From positions 16,678,001 through 16,742,000 of the forward strand of contig NC_045706.1 of NCBI RefSeq assembly GCF_009834535.1: 64,000 bases of DNA. The letters run 5' to 3'. Below are positions 58,854 to 64,000 of the stretch, in pieces. A program made the translations under genes and the position numbers. The stretch's first letter is position 1. The number at the start of each line of letters is the position of its first letter. This DNA comes from Camelus ferus. Taxonomy: Eukaryota. The notes beneath the pieces are model-generated. The model was not told the origin of the DNA and did no database searches. It was given only the letters and a program-made list of their open reading frames with translations.

Positions 58854-61009
58854 AACCCTTAATAAATGGCATCCAGAATTGTACCTAGAATAAGACCCAC
58901 AACCATCGGCATGTCTGCCAGGCCCGGCCCGGCCTGGCCCCTTCTGTCCCGCCGCCCTGGCCTGTGCCCTCCCCCGCCTCCTGTCTCCCTGTCCTGATCA
59001 TCCCGCAGGGTGGCTCCCAGAACAACCCTTCTTCCTCTGACCCTGCTCTGTTCAACCTGTGGTACCCGCTCCCCTGGCCCTGTCAGTCTCTCTTATATCA
59101 TTCTGTTTTTAACTTCCTTCATCGCACTTTTTACAAGTCATGATTTTAAAGAGACTACGATGCTGTTCCCTTGCCAGATTGTGGGCTCCTGGTGGGACGT
59201 GTGTCTGTCTGGTGGGTCCCATCTCCCCAGCTCTTTATTCTGTGTGTCTGGCCCATTGTAGGTTCTCCATAAATATTTGCTGAGAAAATGAACCCAAAAT
59301 GGACAGGTGGAAATATGTCACAGGGGCAGGCTGTACAGAGGGTCACGTCAGGGTCAGTGAGGGGTAGAGAGGAGGGAGGGCCTGTGAGTTAGGGAGGGGT
59401 CAGAAACGACCCGAGTGACCCCTCCACAGTCCCTGAGGAAGACTTTGATGGATGCCAGGGCTCTGGGTCTCACTGTGAACTCGGTGTTGGGAGGGTGTGA
59501 ATGCTCTTCAGGATGTGCCAGCCTCTCCGCCAAATGGCCAGCCCTTGGCTCTGCTTGCTGGTGGGGAGGGCCCTGGGTCGGAGCACGGATGGCCTTTGAG
59601 CTCTCTGGGCTGTGATTTACGGGACCCGGGCAGAGGGCAGGTGATCATGATTCACATGAGCCTCCGACCATTTGGACGAAGCGACTGTGGTGAATTACAT
59701 CACCCAACAGAGGAGATTTATGGCACAGGCAAGACACCAGGGCTTCGGGGAACATCTGCTCCAACTCCAAGTTTATGGATGGGTCCACCGAGGCCCCAAG
59801 AGGGCGCATGACTAGCCCAGTGTCAACCACGGGCATCCTCCCTTGGGCAGGGCGGGACTGGGGCCCAGGCCTCCCTGGGCTGGTCCTTCCCTGCACCGCC
59901 CTGAGGCCTTTCCTCTTAGCAAAACAGCCCAAACCAAGCAGAGAACCCCGTCTTATGCTCTCTGGAGGGTTGGCGTGTGAATCACTTGATCTGGCCCAGC
60001 TTTTCCTTAAAGTGAATAGAGGCAGCCGTTCTGTTTTATGCAAAAGTTAAATTTTTAAAAATTTCCTAGCTTTTCTGCCAACGTAGCCGATGCTGTCGGT
60101 CACTCCTGTCCTTCTGCAGCCTCCGCTCCTGTCTTGGCTGCTCGTTTGATTTTTTTGATGCCTGAGATGGCCAGGGGTGGAGGGGACAGAGTGGCGCGGT
60201 TGCAGAGGATGCCTGTGGTCTCATCTACCTGTCCTGATCTCTCCGTGTACTGCCCACCCCATCCAAGTGGAGCCTAAACACCTGGCTTTGTGCTGGGCAC
60301 ACAATTGATGCCTAATTAAAGCTGGCTGAGGTGATGAACAGCCTTGAGTCCTTGTAGTTAAGATGACATTTTTGGAAATGACTTACTCCACCCACTGCAT
60401 CAGCATGGTCTCCCTCATCTGTAGAAATGTGACATCTCAGAGCTAAGAGGGCGGTGCCGCCCATCCCCATCCGCCTGCTCAGGTCAGAGACCTGGCCTGG
60501 CAGTCACCCTTGAGTCTTTCTTCCCCTCCACGTGCAGTCCACTCACCGGAGCTGTGGCTCTTTCTTCCTGCAGCGTCTCGAATGCCCCTCACTCTCCATC
60601 ACCCTGGCCCCACCATCATCTCGCTTTGAGAGAAGCCCTGTCACTGGTGCTTGCTGCCACCCCTGTGTCCCAAACAGTCCCTACTCCACGAAGCAGCTTT
60701 ACAAGTCACTCAGATTTTGTCAGCTTTTGCTTAAAACCATCCAAGGCTTTCTGTGGCACTCGGAATAAAATCCCGATTTTACAGCCTGCAGGGAGGGCCT
60801 GCCTGCGAGGGACAGTGCCCTTCAGCTCCTCCCCACCCTCCACCCACTGTTTGCCAGGCCGCCCCTGCCCCGGGCTCCCTCTGCCCGAGGCTCTGTCCTC
60901 ACTTCCTGTGGCTGCTTTTCCTCAGGACCCTGCAAGTCTCAGCTTAGATGTCACCTCCTTAGGGATGTCCCCTCTACCCCACCTCCTATGCGTGGTGCTC
61001 AGGGGTCAC

Positions 61010-61216
61010 CCAACTACATGGGCCACATCTGACCGCAGCCTGGTTTTGTAAATAACATTTATGGGAACACAGCCCCGGCCAGTCCTTCACCTGTTGACTT
61101 TGGCTGCGTTGAGGATACAATGGCCGGGCCAAGCAGTTGCGACATAGACCATATGGCCCACAGAGCATGAAATATTTACCATCTGGCCCTTCTGAGAACA
61201 AGTTTGCCAACTCCTG
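61010..61216. mobile_element. MER58-like hAT-Charlie DNA transposon, nested in L2
   Basis: ttttgtaaataac...ggaacacagcc...atatttaccatctggccctt...gtttgccaactcctg. Confidence 0.8.
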
Positions 61217-63729
61217 TTCTAGCTCAGCCTTTGCTTTGCTTTCTTGATGTCATTTTTCACATGTAAGATTTGATGTATGTATTTTCATGTTTACTTTTTT
61301 TGGGGTCTGTCTTTCCATAAAAATGCAAATTCTCAGAGCCTAGGGGCCTTATGGGACTCATTCACACCCGGATCCCCAGTCCGAGTATGAGAGCAGGCAG
61401 AGAGGAGGCAGTCAGTGGTTTGTTTACCAAAATAAAAATTATCATGACATTGTCCAGTACTTTCCTAGGACTAATCGAGTTATTAATTACCGGTTAGATG
61501 GGTATTTTTGGATTATCTTTAGCCCACTTGCCCGAAACACAGGTCCACACCCCCTGGGTGGGACAGACGAATGCTACCTGTGAGGTTCCATCACTTCTGG
61601 CTGACGGCAGTCACACCTGCGTAGGCTCTTCCATTTCGCTTCCAACCCTGTTGGTCTCCTGGATAATTGGAGGGAATAAACTGGCTGAATACCTTCAAAA
61701 ATGGCTAAAACGATTCCCTTGCCAGGAGTGGACAGGATGGAGGAGAGACAGCAGGCTCGCTTCTGGAGGAAGGACTCCTAGGCGGGGCGTCACGTTCTGG
61801 TCTTGGTGCCGTGAACTTGTTTTGAGTGGCCTCCGTTTCTTTGGGAGGAGGTAGCTTATAAACAATAACTAACTGTGAGAACATGTTCTCTCTGGGCCTC
61901 AGTGTCTTCATCTGGAAAATGGTTTCCAAAGTGTACAGAATTACTGCTGAACCATTTTCTGGGGCTCTTGTTAAGGTCAGATTCTCCATGTGAGACCAAG
62001 TGTTTCTGACTCACAGCCGGAGCCACTGGACTGAAGGTGCCTGAAGTCTCACATCTCATCTTGGTGCTGATTTCTGGCTCAGGTTCTTCCACGAGCATGT
62101 GTTCTGTGTCTTGGGACAGCAGGCCTCACATCTCTGAGTCTATCTCCTAACTTGGGGCAGGGTCATATTTTGGAAGTATTAACTGTAGTTATTTCTTTTT
62201 TCTACTTGGCCCTTCCATTCACCAGTGAGTCTTGTGTTTCTCCATATTCCTCCCTGCGACAGCAGAAGGGAGAAGGGAAAGGAACTCTCCCCAGCTTTTG
62301 AGTTTCAGCAGCCTAGATCCTTTGGGGAACAAACAGGACGCAGATCAGAGAAAAAATGTCCTGGAGGAAAGAAGCCATATGAAAGAGAGACCTTCTCCAT
62401 CCCTATCTCTGACCAGAAGAAGACTGTCAGGGCTGCAGGCAGGGAGGTGACCTGGGGGGAGTGCTGCAGGGAGAGGAATGGAGAGGGTGTCGACACAGAG
62501 GGAACCCCACCAGGGCCTTGGCCTCCTGCTTTGCAGGCTGAGCCCCAGAGAAGCGGCCAGACAGATGTGTTTGTGGGAACTGAGGGCAGAAGAGACTCGT
62601 GTCTGAGGCCACGGGACCTCAGAGAATAAATGGTTCCCTGAGGAGCCTTGATGAGCAGAGTCCCGGGGAGCCTCAGCATATCCTCAGCCTAAGATGAAAA
62701 AGGAGCAGTCGATGATTCTACGGGGGTCCTGGGGCCAAAAGTGGCCTCAGGGGTTGGAGTGGAGATGCATCTGCAGTGACCTGCATGGGCAGAGGATGCC
62801 CGTGTCCAGATGGCTTTCTTCTCGCTCCCCCACCAAGCCTCAGCACGGCACTGGCCCCCCTGAGCCTCTGTGCAGCCTCAGGAGAAAGGAGGGTGGGCCT
62901 GAGTTAGCTGTTACTCCACCACCTTGATCAGGCCACAAGGACTACTTTCCCCTGCTTGTGCACGTTTGAGGTTGGGCTTGAAAACAAGGACCAAACAGGA
63001 TGAAAGGAGGTATGGAGTTTTGAAGTGCTGAGAAAGTAGGCTTGGAATCAAAATGCGGAGAGGTAGAAGGGGAGGGCGAGGGGAGAGAAGAGGGAGAGAG
63101 AGGGACACAGAGATTGAGGAGCCAATCCCCTCGCCGCGGGCAGCCCAGCTGGTGGGTACCAGCTGGGAAAAGGATGATCTGCACATCAGGTCCTGTTAAC
63201 AAGGCTGATGGCAGCCGTCAGAAACCACATGCAGCTGGCTTTGTGGAAAATCTGGCGCAGGAGTATGGGGGTTCCAGTAATCCATCTCAGGAACCGCTGA
63301 GCCATGAACTTGTTAAACGGTGCCTGCTGAAGACTTGCTCAGCTCCCGCTCAGCTGCAGATGGAGGCGGGATCTCTGCCCCTGGAAAGCCAGATGGCGCA
63401 AGCAGTGGTTGTGGTCCCAGGGTCCTGCTGCCGCCAACATGCCCTGCGGCAGATGCCAGGGTTGGCAGCTCCTGGGTCAGCCGAACTCATGCTGCTGGCC
63501 CTTCCCGAGCACTGGAGAGGCACATCTGTTCACCCTGTGGGTGCCGTTCCCTTCCTCCCTTTTCCTGTCCTCTGACCAGCATCTGCCCATCTGCTTTGAC
63601 GGAGCCGGGTCCTGTTGCTCACCTCCACCTGCAAGGATCAGGCCGGTCCTGATGAGGAGCTGAAACTGTTGGAACCAGAAGGGCTGGACAGTGTGGACGG
63701 TGTAGCAGCGTGGATGCGAGGGCTCTGGG

Positions 63730-63870
63730 CTCAAATGGACTTGGATCTCAGTCCTGGCTCCACCCCTACCTGTGGACTATGGGCAAGTGACTCAGGCCAC
63801 TTTAAGCCTCAGTTTCCTCCTCTGTCCAAGGCGGGCATCTACCTCATGAAATGGATATAGGGATTAAATT
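63730..63870. mobile_element. MIR
   Basis: tgggcaagtgactc...gcctcagtttcctcctctgt...atagggattaaattgag. Confidence 0.7.
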
Positions 63871-64000
63871 GAGTACTAATTTCCTGTTTGCTTCAGTCCA
63901 GGTGCCCAGCACCACCAGTGCAGCTTCAGAACCACAGCCAAGCACACACATGGAGGTCTCGCATAACCCGGACAGAGTGACAGCCCCCGGTGCCCCGGCA

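Noticed and set aside
63042-63663. 177-aa and overlapping ORFs in GC-rich DNA
   Set aside because: Low-complexity start, no family similarity that I recognise, several frames open at once.
1-64000. CRISPR arrays, operons, NUMTs, rRNA, snoRNA or miRNA genes
   Set aside because: This is eukaryotic intron/exon DNA. I saw no repeat-spacer arrays, mitochondrial similarity or convincing structured RNA; an Infernal/Rfam scan would be the definitive test.

Overview
Mammalian genomic DNA, most likely a camelid (vic-1-like tRNA-derived SINEs, cetartiodactyl-type L1 3' ends, MER41-like LTR). The window holds one complete protein-coding gene on the + strand: GPAM (mitochondrial glycerol-3-phosphate acyltransferase, GPAT1). 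It has a CpG-island promoter, a non-coding exon 1 ending at 12002, and 20 coding exons (ATG 13787 to TAG 43534; 2481 nt, 826 aa). All introns are GT-AG, all phases are consistent and acyltransferase motifs I-IV are intact. The ~3.65 kb 3'UTR most likely ends near AATAAA 47169. The rest is intronic or intergenic DNA with L1, L2, MIR, MaLR, ERV1-LTR, hAT and SINE remnants, microsatellites and three N gaps inside one L1. I found no second gene, RNA gene, CRISPR array or new protein family; the other ORFs in the track are GPAM exon read-throughs, L1 debris or chance. The best leads are regulatory: a regenerated (recursive-type) splice donor at the start of exon 19, a promoter-like CpG cassette in intron 10, a perfect DR5 in intron 1, an overlapping uORF, a MER41-like LTR with GAS and AP-1 sites, and a downstream CpG patch with DR1/NRF1 motifs and a B-box/CTCF boundary. 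There is also a twin-primed L1 and a 57-bp upstream tandem duplication. Repeat family names and human comparisons come from memory and need database confirmation.
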